Shown here: piece after piece, positions 27,300 through 40,957 of the stretch
How the letters are laid out: every line of letters begins with the position of its first letter
Numbering within the stretch: position 1 is the stretch's first letter
From: Eledone cirrhosa
Lineage: Eukaryota
NCBI GenBank assembly: GCA_964016885.1
Contig: OZ024746.1
Location: forward strand, 14,446,001-14,510,000
Direction: 5' to 3'
DNA: 64,000 nt
Notes under the pieces: model-generated
What the model was told of the DNA's origin: nothing
Database searches by the model: none
Seen by the model: the letters and a program-made list of their open reading frames with translations, nothing else
Translations under genes and position numbers: made by a program

Positions 27300-29360
27300 C
27301 AGGGCTGCCGAAACTTTTTTCTCAATAGTACCAAAACGTTTGTTTTAAAAGTACCAAAATACACAAAAACGTATCAAATCCAATTACCCACTTCCTTACA
27401 CCTCCCACGTCCTAACACTCCACTCTTCATCCACGTCTTAACACTCACCCTTCACCAGCTAAGTGCCCCACCCTAGACCTACCTTTCTAATTCCCACCCT
27501 ACATACACGCACCTCCCTCATCCCAGCCCCCAGTCCACACTGTTAAGTGGTCGTTTTGATGCCACCTAGTCCACGCTGTAAATGTGATTGACATTAGGAA
27601 GGGCAACCAGTCGTAGAAACGAAGACAGAAACAGTTTTGTATGAGAAAGACACGGTCATCTGATCTGACTTGTCTCACAGCGGGACAACTCGTATAACCC
27701 ATGCTAACGTGGGGAAACGGACGTTAAATGGTGATGAGGATTATGATCATCATGATCATGATCATGATCATGATGAAATCCCACAAATGTTTAAAAAAAG
27801 AAAATGTTTTAAATTTACTTTACATATTTTAATTAAAAATAAATGTTTTCTTCCACACTTTTCTGGTAACAGTGTCTTTCTTGTAGTTTGAGACAAAGCT
27901 GTGAATGCTCCTTAGTCAACATTGCATTTTTTTTTATTTTATGTTATTGAGAAGGACAAACATTTTCTGTAGCTACTGAAGAAAGTAGCAATGAAAGAAG
28001 TTGCATCATGAACTGAGATAGAAATGGGTAACGATATATATCACCACATTTCTCTTCAGAAACAAGAAACCAGTATTTATCAGGCTCATTTTGTATATTA
28101 AGAGATACATGCTGAGTGAATTCCTTTCATTCTCTATTTATTTGTTGATATTGGTCTCCTTGAAAAAGGCTGGAAAATGTCATTGCCAATGGTATGATTC
28201 ATTTGGTTTACCTTCAATAACATTGTTCAGGTCTAAAGCTACTAGAATAAGTTTGTTGTTGGTAGAAATATCCATTGTTTCATCTACAATAAGGGAGAGC
28301 TTTTCTGAATTTAGCTTAGACAATAAACCATTGAAAGCGTGGAGACTGATCACATTTAAAAAAATGAAAGTTCCTTTAGTTCCATTTGATGTCTTTGGCT
28401 ATATTTTAATCAGAACATATGTTGGCAATAAGGCAGGCAAATAATCCAAAATAACAATGGGTAAGTTGTCTTCAACAATAAATAATCACAGTTTCAACTC
28501 AGCTGATGCTATGTTCGTTAAGTGAGCAGAACATTGAGCAGGCTTTATGAAATCTGTCACTTTCACTGTTTGTTTCATTAATTTGCGTTCTTTTGGTGTT
28601 TTTCTGTCTCTTCATGCCTTACTAATTGATTTAAGCTACCAGCTATCTCAGAATTGCACAATTTACAGTAGCTTTACTTGCATTCTTTTTTTCTCAATTC
28701 CAACCGTGATGAAAATGTTTCATCGTTTAATAATTTTGACAGAATTTTTCTTTCATAGAAAGAGGATTTCAGTGTTTTTCTGAGGAGTGTCATTTTCGTC
28801 ACTATCAGAATTATATTCTATATTTACTTTTTTCACTCATGGTGAGTTCAAAATGTTTCTCAAAAAAGCAAAACAGTTCAGATACTAAAATATGACACCA
28901 TCAAAGTACACGTGCCACAAATTGCTTAAACTGAATTGATACGGTTGTCTTCCAAGAATTCCTCTTAATCCATCTATATTTAAATGTTCTTGCGTATTGT
29001 CAGCAGAATCTATTCAAGTAAAACGTCCACTGATCGATTTTGAGCAAATAGTGCGTTATTATTGGCTACCAGGATAATACAGAGGATGGTTGGCTACTGA
29101 TCTGAAATGCTACACAGAAGAGTTATTGAGGTCAAGTGAGATCTGACGGGTAAATACAATCAATGGATAGCTTCTCGGTGTAAAGGTCATTATAGTTGAT
29201 GAATGGTAAATCATTAAATGGTGATTTTAGAATATCAATTAAGCTAAATTTGCAAATCAAGTTCAAACATTAAAACGGGCCAAAAACACCGGACATTGTA
29301 CCAAACGTCAAATTAGGGGAAAATAGTACCAAATTTGTACGAACGTACCAACTTCGGAAT
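27300..29360 (-). mobile_element. Decayed hAT DNA transposon (transposase pseudogene ~27950-28800)
   Basis: Minus-strand peptides SYCKLCNSEIAGSLNQLVRHEETEKHQ (zinc finger, ~28596-28675), AELKL*LFIVEDNLP and KLSLIVDETMDIST (first catalytic Asp motif, ~28265-28306). CAGGGCTGCC terminus at 27300 and GTACCAA subterminal repeats near both ends. Confidence 0.75.
27540..27775 (+). mobile_element. 3' part of a second SINE family, nested in the hAT remnant
   Basis: AGGAAGGGCAACCAGTCGTAGAAAC...CATGCTAACGTGGGGAAACGGACGTTAAATG, ending in a (GAT/CATGAT)n tail. Confidence 0.55.
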
Positions 29361-29721
29361 TTTTCTCATTTACTGGCTGATTTTTAGCTCACTGCAATGA
29401 TAGGATCATGCAGAGCTATTATATAATTATAGTTTGTCACCATCTTTTGAACTGTAAGCTCTAAAACACAACTAACAATATATTTCTTTCAGGCTACGAT
29501 GTATTTCTAACTGTAACCTTGTATCGTGATACTCTAATGAGTGATATATATATTATCTGTTCTGTTTTTCCTGGGTGTCTTGTATTGGTATTTTAATTAG
29601 ACCCTGATGACACCCACGGTTTATACTCACTAATTACAAACTGTTTTTAAAAAAATGATTCGCTATATGTAACATAACCCGGGTAAAACAATTGCCATTT
29701 ATTATATGCCTTAAACCTTAA

Positions 29722-29785
29722 ATTATTTTGTCTGAAAACAAACTGTAACTATATACATACACACATACACACACACACACATATA

Positions 29786-29827
<42 letters not shown>

Positions 29828-29891
29828 TATATGTGTGTGTGTGTGTATGTGTGTATGTATATAGTTACAGTTTGTTTTCAGACAAAATAAT
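29722..29891. repeat. Inverted repeat centred on a (TA)n tract
   Basis: ATTATTTTGTCTGAAAACAAACTGTAACTATATACATACACACATAC... is mirrored exactly on the other side of the TA tract. Confidence 0.92.
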
Positions 29892-30180
29892 CTTTTAGTC
29901 CAAATAACTTTTTAGTCCAGCCAGCGACTTAAAAACTCTGGTACAAACACTACACTTGTGACAATTACTGGCACATAGTGCTGGGCCCATGGTACCATCT
30001 GATGACAAGTGCAGAGAGATCTCCAGATATAAAGCAATGCCTGTGCCGTGAAGCTTTTATAGTGAGCAAAGGCACTGCACAAAGCCAGTCCCACTCTCTT
30101 AACCAAGATGATATTTACCAAAAAGAAGAACAAGTCAAGAAAACTCTGATATAACACCTGCAACCCTGATGGTATCCAAT
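29892..30180 (-). mobile_element. RTE-like LINE 3' fragment with inverted 5' end; same family as 40958-41370
   Basis: 29908-30137 matches ~41043-41272. 30139-30180 is the reverse complement of ~41276-41318. Confidence 0.8.
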
Positions 30181-30228
30181 ATATACATACGTACATACAT
30201 ACATACATACACACATACACACACACAC

Positions 30229-30338
<110 letters not shown>

Positions 30339-30365
30339 ATATATATATATATATATATGTATGTA

Positions 30366-30401
<36 letters not shown>

Positions 30402-30451
30402 TGTATGTGTGTGTGTATGTGTGTATGTATGTATGTATGTATGTACGTATG

Positions 30452-31001
30452 TATTTCGTTTCTGAATTTGTTTAGCAAGATTCTTTATCTGAAAACGTGT
30501 GTTGAAACCGATATTGTTATACTTTGGGAGGGTCGTGTTGCCAATAAGAAACACACGCACCAGTTGCTTTCACTCTAATTTATTGTAAATTAAACATTTT
30601 TTTTTTATTTAAAAAAAAAAAAATTATAAATTTCCGGTTGGCTGGTTGGTTCCACAACCGGCCGGTTGTTCATATATTGTCAAAGTTCTTTCGTCACACA
30701 TTATGTGACCTCTTCAGTGACTGGGGATTCTTTTATTTGTTTTGTGCCTCTCCTTTGTTCTGTCCTACGCCATCATGTTTTTGTGTGTGTTGTCAAAAGA
30801 ATCCTCAGTCACTGAAGAGGTCACAGAATGTGTGACGAAATAACTTTGACAATATATTAACAACCCTCCGGTTGTGGAACCAACCAGCCAACCGGAAATT
30901 TATAATTTTTTTTTTTTTTTTATTTACAATAAATTGGAGTGAAAGCAACTGGTGCGTGTGTTTCTTATTGGCAACATGACCCTCCCAAAGTATAACAATA
31001 T
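30452..31001 (-). mobile_element. Fold-back element (~220-bp arms at ~30511-30733 and ~30795-31001, plus tail) with hammerhead motifs
   Basis: Long imperfect inverted repeat between (TATG)n and (TA)n. The tail is related to the reverse complement of ~42790-42885. Confidence 0.85.
30679..30721 (-). ncRNA. Minimal hammerhead ribozyme motif (second copy at 30808-30850, plus strand)
   Basis: GTCA-CTGAAGA-G-GTCACA-TAATG-TGTGAC-GAAA-GAAC-TT-TGAC: stem I GTCA/TGAC, 6-bp stem II, core intact. Confidence 0.7.
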
Positions 31002-31014
31002 ATATATATATATA

Positions 31015-31237
31015 TAACGAAGTAGTTGTGGTAAGGAACCAGATGGACCATAACACACCAGAATACTCAATACTTAGGGTAGTAGAGTGGATAATAGGAA
31101 AATGTATGACACTGACGGCAGAGCTCAAGCCGTTTCGACGGCTATTTCTGAACGCAAATAGCCGTCCAGAAAATTCAGTCCAGAAATACCCGTCGAAACG
31201 GCTTGAGTTCTGCCGTCGGGGTCATACATTTTCCTAT
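31015..31237 (-). mobile_element. Fold-back element (inverted repeat 31094-31237 plus tail); internally deleted copy at 33017-33140
   Basis: ATAGGAAAATGTATGAC..GACGGCAGAGCTCAAGCCGTTTCGACGG is mirrored. The tail with AATACTCAA/AGTACTCAA is shared with the second copy. Confidence 0.85.
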
Positions 31238-31796
31238 ATATATATATATATATAAGTATATAAGTATATATATATATGTATATAAGTATATAAATGTGGG
31301 TTGTGTGATAATATTCTACAGAGAAACCATTATACATACATATATATCCTGAAATACAATTTTAAATCAGGCGTATTTATTTTTTTTTTATTCTTTGTTT
31401 ACAATATGATAATTTTACTTGAAAACAATTCTAAAGGTTGAATTGACGAGATACGCGATGTGAATATACAGAAAAAAAACAACAATAATAATACAAGCAA
31501 TACAAAAGCCTGTAAAACGGTTCAAAGAAGTACGGAAAATAATAAAATTCGGCAGCATTAAATACCAAAATTCTCTACTGAACCTTTTCAATAATAATAA
31601 TACTTACATTGTTTCTAGACAAACAGAAATGACATTATGCACGTAGCAATCAATGTTATTAAATAAATACAGAACGAACAATCGAAATAATCCACTTCAC
31701 TTATGTTATTTCTGTATAGGAGGAACACAAATATATCTGGTATTACATAGTAAAGCTTGTAAGAAACCATGTAAATGATGATATTAATAATAATAA

Positions 31797-32200
31797 TAAT
31801 TGTTTCTACTTTAGGCACAAGGCCAGCAATTAGAAGGGGAGGTGGAAAGTCAATTAAATCGAATCTAGTGTATTACTGGCGCTTTATTTTATCGGACCCC
31901 GTAAGGATGAAAGGCAAAGTCAACCTCGGCGGGATTTGAACCCGGAACGTAAAGGGCCGGAATAAATGCCACAAAGCCTTTTATTCGACACTCTAACGAT
32001 TCTACCAATCCACTGCCCAAAAAATAATTATTTCTATTTTTTGCACAAGGCCAACAATTAACCCAGTGCATTACTGGTGCTTTAATTTATCGACCCCGTA
32101 AGGCTGAAAGGCAAAGTTAACATCGGCAGGATTTGAAATCAGAATGTAAAGGGCCATAACTCCATTCTGCAAAACATGGTGTCTTACGCTCTACCGATAC
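31797..32200 (-). mobile_element. Tandem pair of SINE family A copies (~31797-32018 and ~32027-32200)
   Basis: Two reverse-complement cores arranged head to tail. Confidence 0.85.
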
Positions 32201-32224
32201 TAATAACAACAACAACAATAATAA

Positions 32225-32600
32225 TATGTTTTCCTTCTTGTAAAGTTTCTCTAGCAATCGGTTACTAGATGCAGCATGTTAATTGGCCTCAGATCAGTCC
32301 CTGATCTCAGAGACTCAATATATCGCGTAGTATTCTTGAAGATGGTAAGAATCTGGGCACTGCCTTTGAAGTTGGGAATCTCAAGGTTTTTTATGAAAGG
32401 CGTGAAATGTTTAGGGACCGATTGGCATGACTTCTATCTCTATTTGGTGATTAGTTCTAATGGTGCCTGCAAGGTCTGCATACGTATTGATCTTTTCCAT
32501 TTCCTTTTCAGCCATATTGTGGTCTTGGGGGATAGCAATATCAATTAGATTCCATTTGGGAGAGTTGTTTGTTTTTCCACAAGCCAAAACTGCAATCCAA
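32225..32600 (-). mobile_element. R4/Dong-clade LINE 3' end (restriction-like endonuclease remnant)
   Basis: Minus strand LIDIAIPQDHNMAEKEMEKINTYADLA..EVMPI fits the RLE motif IDxAxPxDxNxxxKExEKxxKYxDL. It ends at a (TTA/TTG)n tract. Confidence 0.75.
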
Positions 32601-32899
32601 AACTAGGAGAATAATTTGATACCAGAGAATACTTCAACTCCCAATATTCAATAATTCTTTACAAAGCTTATATGACCTCAACAATAGAAAACTATACTAA
32701 ATTCTGGGACGGTACAGCGGTTACATTTAAAACATTTACGGTCGTAATTAACCGAATGATTGGCATAAATCCCTTACGGGGAAAGTGGACAACGTCCGGC
32801 ACCTTGTCCATATTTTCTCTCTTTTGGCGCTTATATTTCATAGTCAAAAACCTGTGCTGAAGTAATTAATTTTAGGCTAATGAACTACCACACACACGC

Positions 32900-33009
<110 letters not shown>

Positions 33010-33163
33010 GTGTGTGACAAAGGAATTGTGGTAAGGAACCAGATGGACCATAACGCACCAGAGTACTCAATACTTAGGGTATTTCAGAAATATCCGTCGA
33101 AACGGCTTGAGCTCTGCCGTCGGGGTCATACTTTTTCATATATATATATATATATATATATAT

Positions 33164-33415
33164 CTAAGGCGGGTAAAATTCCCGAGATCCATGGACGAGT
33201 TCTCTCCAGCGGTCTCTGTCCCTCATTATCGCTGCCATATCCTGCATCTCCAACAGATCAGTGTCTGTCCTTAGGGAATCAACATATGTTAACCTTGGTC
33301 TTCTCCTTCTAGTGTGTCCATGTAGGGGCTCCCAAAGGAGCACTGAGTGCAATGTCAACTCTGGATGTCGGTGAGCATGTCCAGCCAACCTCAGTCTCCT
33401 CTGTGTCACTTTTGA
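33164..33415 (-). mobile_element. RTE LINE, ORF C-terminus and 3' end
   Basis: QRRLRLAGHAHRHPEL...LLWEP..G..RRRRPRLTYVD...MRDRDRWR is a typical RTE C-terminus. The stop is followed directly by (TA)n. Second copy at ~51371-51571. Confidence 0.88.
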
Positions 33416-33457
33416 GCTGTGTCACTTTGATTCTGTGTCACTTTGATTCTGTGTCAC

Positions 33458-34096
33458 TTTGATTCTGTGGACCGTTACTGCCTGATGAAGATCTTACAGG
33501 CTTATGGAATACCCAAGAAGATAGTGGACCTGATATCACTGCTCTACACCAACACCAAAGCCCAAGTCATTACACCTGCTGGGATGACAGAGTTCTTTGA
33601 GATACTGGCTGGAGTGCTCCAGGGAGATACATTGGCTCCCTACCTTTTTATCATCGTAGTGGACTATTGTATGCGCCTTGCACTGGAGAAACACCAGGAC
33701 TCTGGCTTTACTGTAGCACCGGCTCAGAGCAGGAGAGTTAGGGCGAAAAAGGTATCGGATGCTGAATTTGCCGACGACATAGTTTTGGTGACAAATACAG
33801 TGAAGGAGGCAGAGGATTTGATGCGGGAGGTTGAGACTGTGTCGATGAATGTGGGGCTGAGAATGAATGAGACTAAAACAAAATATCTGGTAGAGAATGT
33901 TGAGAAGCCAGAGGGGATCACTAATGTAGGCGGGAAGCCGCTGGAATTGGTTGAGGACTTCCTGTATTTGGGAGCAAAGATTGGGAATACGGAAGATGAT
34001 GTGGTTGAGAGGAAGAGCAAGGCCTGGGCGGTGTGCCACAGCTTGAGATCGGTGTGGAAGTCGGACCTTCGTAGAGACCTGAAAATCCGCCTCTTC
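33458..34096 (+). mobile_element. RTE reverse-transcriptase fragment (inverted 5' part of the same insertion)
   Basis: Open frame with FDSVDR, GVLQGDTLAPYLF, EFADDI, GLRMNETKT, FLYLG and LKIRLF. No stop over ~213 codons, so probably young. Confidence 0.92.
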
Positions 34097-34257
34097 ATAT
34101 ATATATACATATATAAACTAAAGAGCTCAGTCGTCGGGCTCTAACTCCTTACAATACTTACATTCTACTTTCCCAAGTATCGTGTACTTAGCTGAACAAT
34201 GGTCTTACTAGTCTAAACTGATAACTCCTCTCTCATACACTGTGTGTTTGTGTGTTT

Positions 34258-34291
<34 letters not shown>

Positions 34292-34344
34292 CTGTGTGTG
34301 TGTGTGTGTATCTGTGTGTATGTGTGTGTGTGTGTGTGTGTATC

Positions 34345-34377
<33 letters not shown>

Positions 34378-34378
34378 A

Positions 34379-34475
<97 letters not shown>

Positions 34476-35029
34476 CTGTGTGTCTGTGTAAAGATGCTAG
34501 TATTTTCCTATCCTGTCCATCTAATATAAATGTACCCGGCGCTGCCTTCAGTTGTGTATTTCATTCTACTTTAAGGCATCTATGCACTTTAATGTTACTT
34601 TCATCTTTCAGTTCTTTTCAATGTTCACCCTTTTAGAAGTACAGTTTCTGTATTATTTGTTCCTATATAGTACCCTAGATTTATATTATGTATTAAAGGC
34701 AACTTGTTGCATAAATACCTCGTAAATTTCTTCGATTGATCTTTTACGATAATTCATAATGTGTATTATCACATTATTATCCTAGCCTATTTCCGTTTTT
34801 TACCTGTTTTGAATTGTTAACATATTCATTAGCGTACATATATCGCAATTGTAATATGATTTATTACACTATGAACATAATCGAACTATAAGGCAATATA
34901 TTCCGATTCAAAAACTAAAATAGTGAGATTAAATGCGGCATGTTTTGAACTTTCTATTGTCGGCACCGCCATTTTTTACTGGAAGAGATGGTTTCGCGCA
35001 TAGTCTTCGCAGGCTTTCTGTGATTTGTG

Positions 35030-35330
35030 AGAGCGTCCATTGTGGTCAACGTTTCTATTGAACATTTACAATTGACGTCGTCAAGAAAGACCTGTTCTGG
35101 GAGGTAATTCCAGAGATAAGAAGTTTTTGTGAGAAAAGATTGGGTGTTATTATTAGTGTGGGGTCTCGTAGGCAACACAATATGGATGATGACAGAGTGT
35201 AAGACGAAAGAGTCATGAGGTTTGAATGAAGGCAGTACTGGGTGGAGGTGGTATTGAAGTAACAGCAATAAAAATAAACAGATTAGTGTGTATTTGGTAA
35301 GTGACATTTTTCCAATTAGTCAGGTGACGT
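35030..35330 (-). mobile_element. Jockey/CR1-group LINE 3' ORF remnant
   Basis: HIVLPTRPHTNNNTQSFLTKTSYLWNYLPEQVF resembles the SFxxRTxxLWNxLPxxV C-terminus of this group. Confidence 0.6.
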
Positions 35331-36569
35331 TGGATGCGGTCGATGATATCTCTAGATAATAGCAGCAATACTTTACTGTGTATTTCATTCAATCTTTGTA
35401 GAGATCTAATTGTTTTTAATTCTTTTGTGGTGAAATCTTTTTATCAGCTTTTACTGCGTTGAGGATATGGGATCACCAAGAGAGATGTGTAATGATGGTA
35501 AGGCTTAGCATTGTTAATTATCATAATGGCCTAATTATGCGCTGTTCGTTTTTACGGAGTGGTGTGATAATGTTTTTTTTTATGGGTAGTTTATTTAGCG
35601 TCCCTCAAACCAAACTGTAAATCCATTATTTCTGTCAACTTACCTAAAACCGTTACTATGACTGTTGCTCTTCAGATTTTGGTAGATTGAATTATATAAA
35701 TTCTACTATTGTTTAAAGACCGTTGCATTGAGTTTAAAATGAATATCAATCATAATAGTATATAATAATGATTTAGATAGGTCTGACGTGATTAATAATT
35801 TGAGAATTTCAGACTGTGTTCCTGTAAATCTTTATTACAATTTTTCAGTGTTAACTTGTAAATATATTATCAGGTGTGGAGATGTAATAAATTACAATAA
35901 AACACAAATAATATTAAAATGTTTGCAATTCTATGAACATTTATCAATTGTTTAATGTGGCTTCAATCTGTGTACATTGTAAATATATAAAAGTGGATAA
36001 GTGTTTCTGAAAATTCCGACAAAGATGTATGTTAGTTTCTGTCTTATAAAGTAAGTTTGTACAATTATTCGAAGTGATAATCTTTCAATGTGATAATCTT
36101 TTATGCTGGTTGAATTGGATCATACAGTAGAAAGAAGTTTTAGAATATTCCTAAAGTTATTAGTTTATCCGCGAATATCCAAGTTCTAATAAGCTATATG
36201 AATCAGTGTTTTATACGTAGTAAAATATATAATTTCATTGCTATTTCTTTAATATTCGTTAGGGAAAATAGCGATATTATTGCAAATATTTTATGACTTT
36301 TATATCAGAAGAAAGTAGCAAGTTACGTTTATTTAGTATTTACAAATATTTGAAATAGATTAACCGAAAGAAAATATTTTCATACTCTTTAATATTTTAT
36401 TTTCTCGAGTGAACTATTTATATTATTTGGAAAAGCATCAAACGAAAATATCTATTAAAAATTAAATTTTGTTTTATTGTTAAAACGAAAACTGTGATCT
36501 GAAAAACAACTAATCCGTGATGTTTATTAACGCAAGTGTCCACATTTAATAAAATGCTACAAAAGAGCA

Positions 36570-36915
36570 TTATCGATTATCTTGACTACAGTACTTGACT
36601 GATGTTATCGATCACAGCAGGATTTGAACTCATACAGAAAATTGCCACAAAATATTCTTCTAAGTATTTAATCGGCTGCCATTTTACATGACTAAACTAA
36701 AATGTATAATATTGGAACAAGGTCAAAAATTTGTCGGGCGGAATATAGTCAACTTAACTTCATCAACTACTTGACTGGTACTTCTTTTACCGACCTCGGA
36801 AAGATGAAAAGTAAAGTCAACCCTCGTGGCTTTTAAACTCGGAACTTAAGTGAATATAACTAAATACAGAAAACAATTTTGTTCAGCTCTCTACCAATTT
36901 TGTTATACATCACCC
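36570..36915 (-). mobile_element. Degenerate SINE family A copies
   Basis: GACTGGTACTTCTTTTACCGACCTCGGAAAGATGAAAAGTAAAGTCAACC, plus an upstream GGATTTGAACTC remnant. Confidence 0.6.
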
Positions 36916-38367
36916 ATACCGATCAGCAAGAAGATACATGCGATAAAGTTGAATAAAGGTTGACGTTTGAATGTCCTATAGAAGTGCTTCGCTACACTCA
37001 CATGAACTGTCCTTGGCACAAACCTAGACACCTTATTTCCTTGTAATTATTCTTTAGCCTATAGGATATGTGCATTGTTAAATCTATACACTTTATCGGC
37101 ATGGACATGATTAAATGGACTGTTATTTGACTAGTTTTCATTGTTGACCTACTGAAAATTTACAGTGAATCAGCAGCAACATAAATCTCTTAGCCTTTAA
37201 TTTATCTAAAATATTATTAGAAAGATAGGCTTTCAACACATCAACCTAACACCTCTATGAAGAAATATAATTGTATCTTGTCAAAAGCATCATTATGTTT
37301 ATAGTCTATTCGCTGGAAATATAATAAGTCAACTCCAGACCTAAGTCAACTACAGAATTAAGTAGGAACAAATGATTTACTAAACACTGCCAAAGGAAGC
37401 TTATGCGAAGGTCAAGAAATATTCCCACCAAAAATCCAACAGATCATCATACTAGTTACTTGCAAGTAGTAGTATTTAAGCAATAATCAATGTATCAATG
37501 TTTCTTGCTCTTAAGAGGATAATAAATATGACTAGATAATTTGTTAGTTTATTTCAGATGGGATTCTATTAACCTACTCGTAGTAACTACGTGAAATTTA
37601 CACGTTTAATTGTTTGTGTTTCAATTTACATACCCATAAAGTCTCTTAATTCGACATCTATTAGCTGGTATTCTCAAATAAATGAAATTGGTACATTGAT
37701 ATTTTCATTGGCTGTACATATGAAATATTGGTCATAAGACGGATCCAAAAGCAAGTGTATCTGTTTTGTAATTTGTCTGTTATCTTAATGACAATTTAGT
37801 CTTCTTAAGACCTTTCAAATCAAAGTATAGTTTTAGATCGTATAACGACCAACTACATGAATTGCGAAATCTGTTCTTTTTAAATGACTCCGATCTGTCC
37901 TTGGGGAGAATTTGTAGTGTTATTTTTAATTCATTATTTTATTGGCCTAAACTTTTATATTATCTATATCTATTGTGAAAATGGCAAGATAATAATTTTT
38001 AAATGATACTCGCTTCATTAAACACAATTTTGAAATTCACTTGGCGTATCTGGTTCCAGTTATTAATTTTACTATAATGGAAATTCAAATTATATTATAT
38101 TTATTTTCTCAAATAATAGTTTTTATGCCAGTCACTTACTGAAATTGTAATAAATATAAGTGACATAGAGCTAGCCTATGATATATTATGTACTATTTAA
38201 CATTAACATAATGTGCGGCCACATACACACACACACACATGCTCACACACACACACGCACACATACACACACACATACACACATACTCACACACACGCAC
38301 TCATACACACATACACACACATACATATATATATGTGTGTGTGTGTGTGTATGTGTGTGTGTGTGTG

Positions 38368-38724
<357 letters not shown>

Positions 38725-39342
38725 AGAATCAAAGCTATGTTCAAAGCATTTATTCACTTACAATTGTTTCATCCAAACCTAGGCTTGGAGTCTTCGGACC
38801 ATTTTTCAATGTTTGTACATACAATTGACTTCCTATCCAACGCAAGAGACATACAGATACATATATATATATTGATGTACAGTGGAGTGACATATATTAT
38901 ACTATACTATATTTGTAAAGCAATTCAAATTTAAAATCAAAATCAAAATCAAAATTAAAATACATTCGGCAGATAACACAGATAATGTAAGAGGATAGTT
39001 TGATAGTCAGGTCTAGTAGATAGTGTATGCGTTAGTCACACATGGAGCATGCAAGCGTGTCTCATTTATATACGATTATTGTGTGGCAAGGTGTTACATG
39101 TAATGCAAGCACTTTAAGCGGGTAAGCAAGAGTATTATGATGGTTGTAGTGGTAGGGTATTTGTTGTATGTGTGCAGAAAAAGAAAAAGAAAGTTATAGT
39201 TTTCGCATCCACCACCATTTTCACATTCAGAAAAAGGGAGATATAGTTTTTACATCCATCACATAAGTTACGATGATTCCGTATTGAATGCTTGATACAT
39301 TAAATTATTGTAGCGAATTGAGGCTCAGTGTTATTTAATCCA

Positions 39343-39547
<205 letters not shown>

Positions 39548-40622
39548 ACACACATATATATATATATAGGTGAGATGTCACTGTTAAAGATTATTAAGAC
39601 CATTATTGAACTTAAATCTCCACAGTTGAGTGTGTGTAGATATTATAAAGCTCTTTCTACCCTACGGTTAAGCTTTTACCGTTACCGTTTCGATTGAAAA
39701 TGAGAAAATAAATCTGTTGATTTATTTTCGTTCAAATTTATCTCTTCGGGGTGTGGTTGTGAATTAATTGACGGGTGGAGATACCCCCCAGGAAGGGAGT
39801 TTTGTGATGAGACCATGAGGCGTACAAAATGGTTGGGGTGAAATTTGATCAAAGGTTACAAACAGATACATAGGGAGAATGATGTGGAAGGAACAGTTGT
39901 ATATATAAATGTTTATGGTATCGACGTTGGCTTTTAACTATTTTATGTTCTTTAAGTTTATTAATATTTTATAATAGTTTGCAAATAAATAATTCCCCCC
40001 AGGCCCGAGACATTGTGTCTATTGAAATTGTTTTCACTACCGTTTACTATGAATCAAAATTAAATAAATCATTCTGTTAATATAAAAGTTTTAGTGTGTG
40101 GTTATTGGGTCAGTATGTTGTGTATATGTGTGTCTTTGAGTATGATGTGTATGCATATATGTATGTTTGTATGTGTGTGTCGGTGTTTGTGTGTGTGTGT
40201 TTTGTGGATCTTGTGCAGTGGAGTGGTTCTAGTTTAGGTTAATATTTAGATAAATATTTAGATAAATTATGTGGATATTTCAGGCGTGTTGTGTCAGCCA
40301 CTAGTTGGTGGCAAAAAATGTAAAGTGGTATATATATATTAATGGTGTTGTTATACAATTCATTATATATGCCTTATTCTACAGAAAAGATTTTGGCAAC
40401 GTAAGTGTAATAGTGTTGTAATGGGATGGGAGTTTACATTATGTGTTTAGTTGTATGCGTGTGTAGTTGGTATCTCTATAGGAGTATGATTGCTGTGGTG
40501 TCGGTGTATGTCCTAATGTGTATGCGACATTATCGAAATAATGTTTTAGTTTTAACATTTGTATCGCTTTGAAAATTGTTGGCCTTGTGCCTATAGTAGA
40601 AATCATTATTATTGTTGTTGTC

Positions 40623-40810
40623 GATTGTCAGTATCGGTAGAGGGTCGGACGCCATGCTTTGACACACAGAGTTACGGCCCGGCCCTTGCCATTCTGAGTT
40701 CGAAACCCGCCGAGGTTAACTTTGCCTTTAATCCTTATGGGGTCGATAAAATAAAGTACCAGTAATGCACTGGGTAATTGCTGGCCTTGTGCCAAAAAGT
40801 AGAAACAATT
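40623..40810 (+). mobile_element. SINE family A (preceded by a 3' fragment at ~40574-40603)
   Basis: Core, B box GAGTTCGAAACCC and 3' end present. Confidence 0.9.
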
Positions 40811-40887
40811 ATTATTGTTGTTGTTGTTATATATATATATAGAGAGAGAGAGAAGTTTACGAAATGGAAATGCGGGTATACAGAATT

Positions 40888-40955
<68 letters not shown>

Positions 40956-40957
40956 CA

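Noticed and set aside
33536-34110. Antisense ORFs of 167 and 128 aa
   Set aside because: Shadow frames of the RTE RT fragment.
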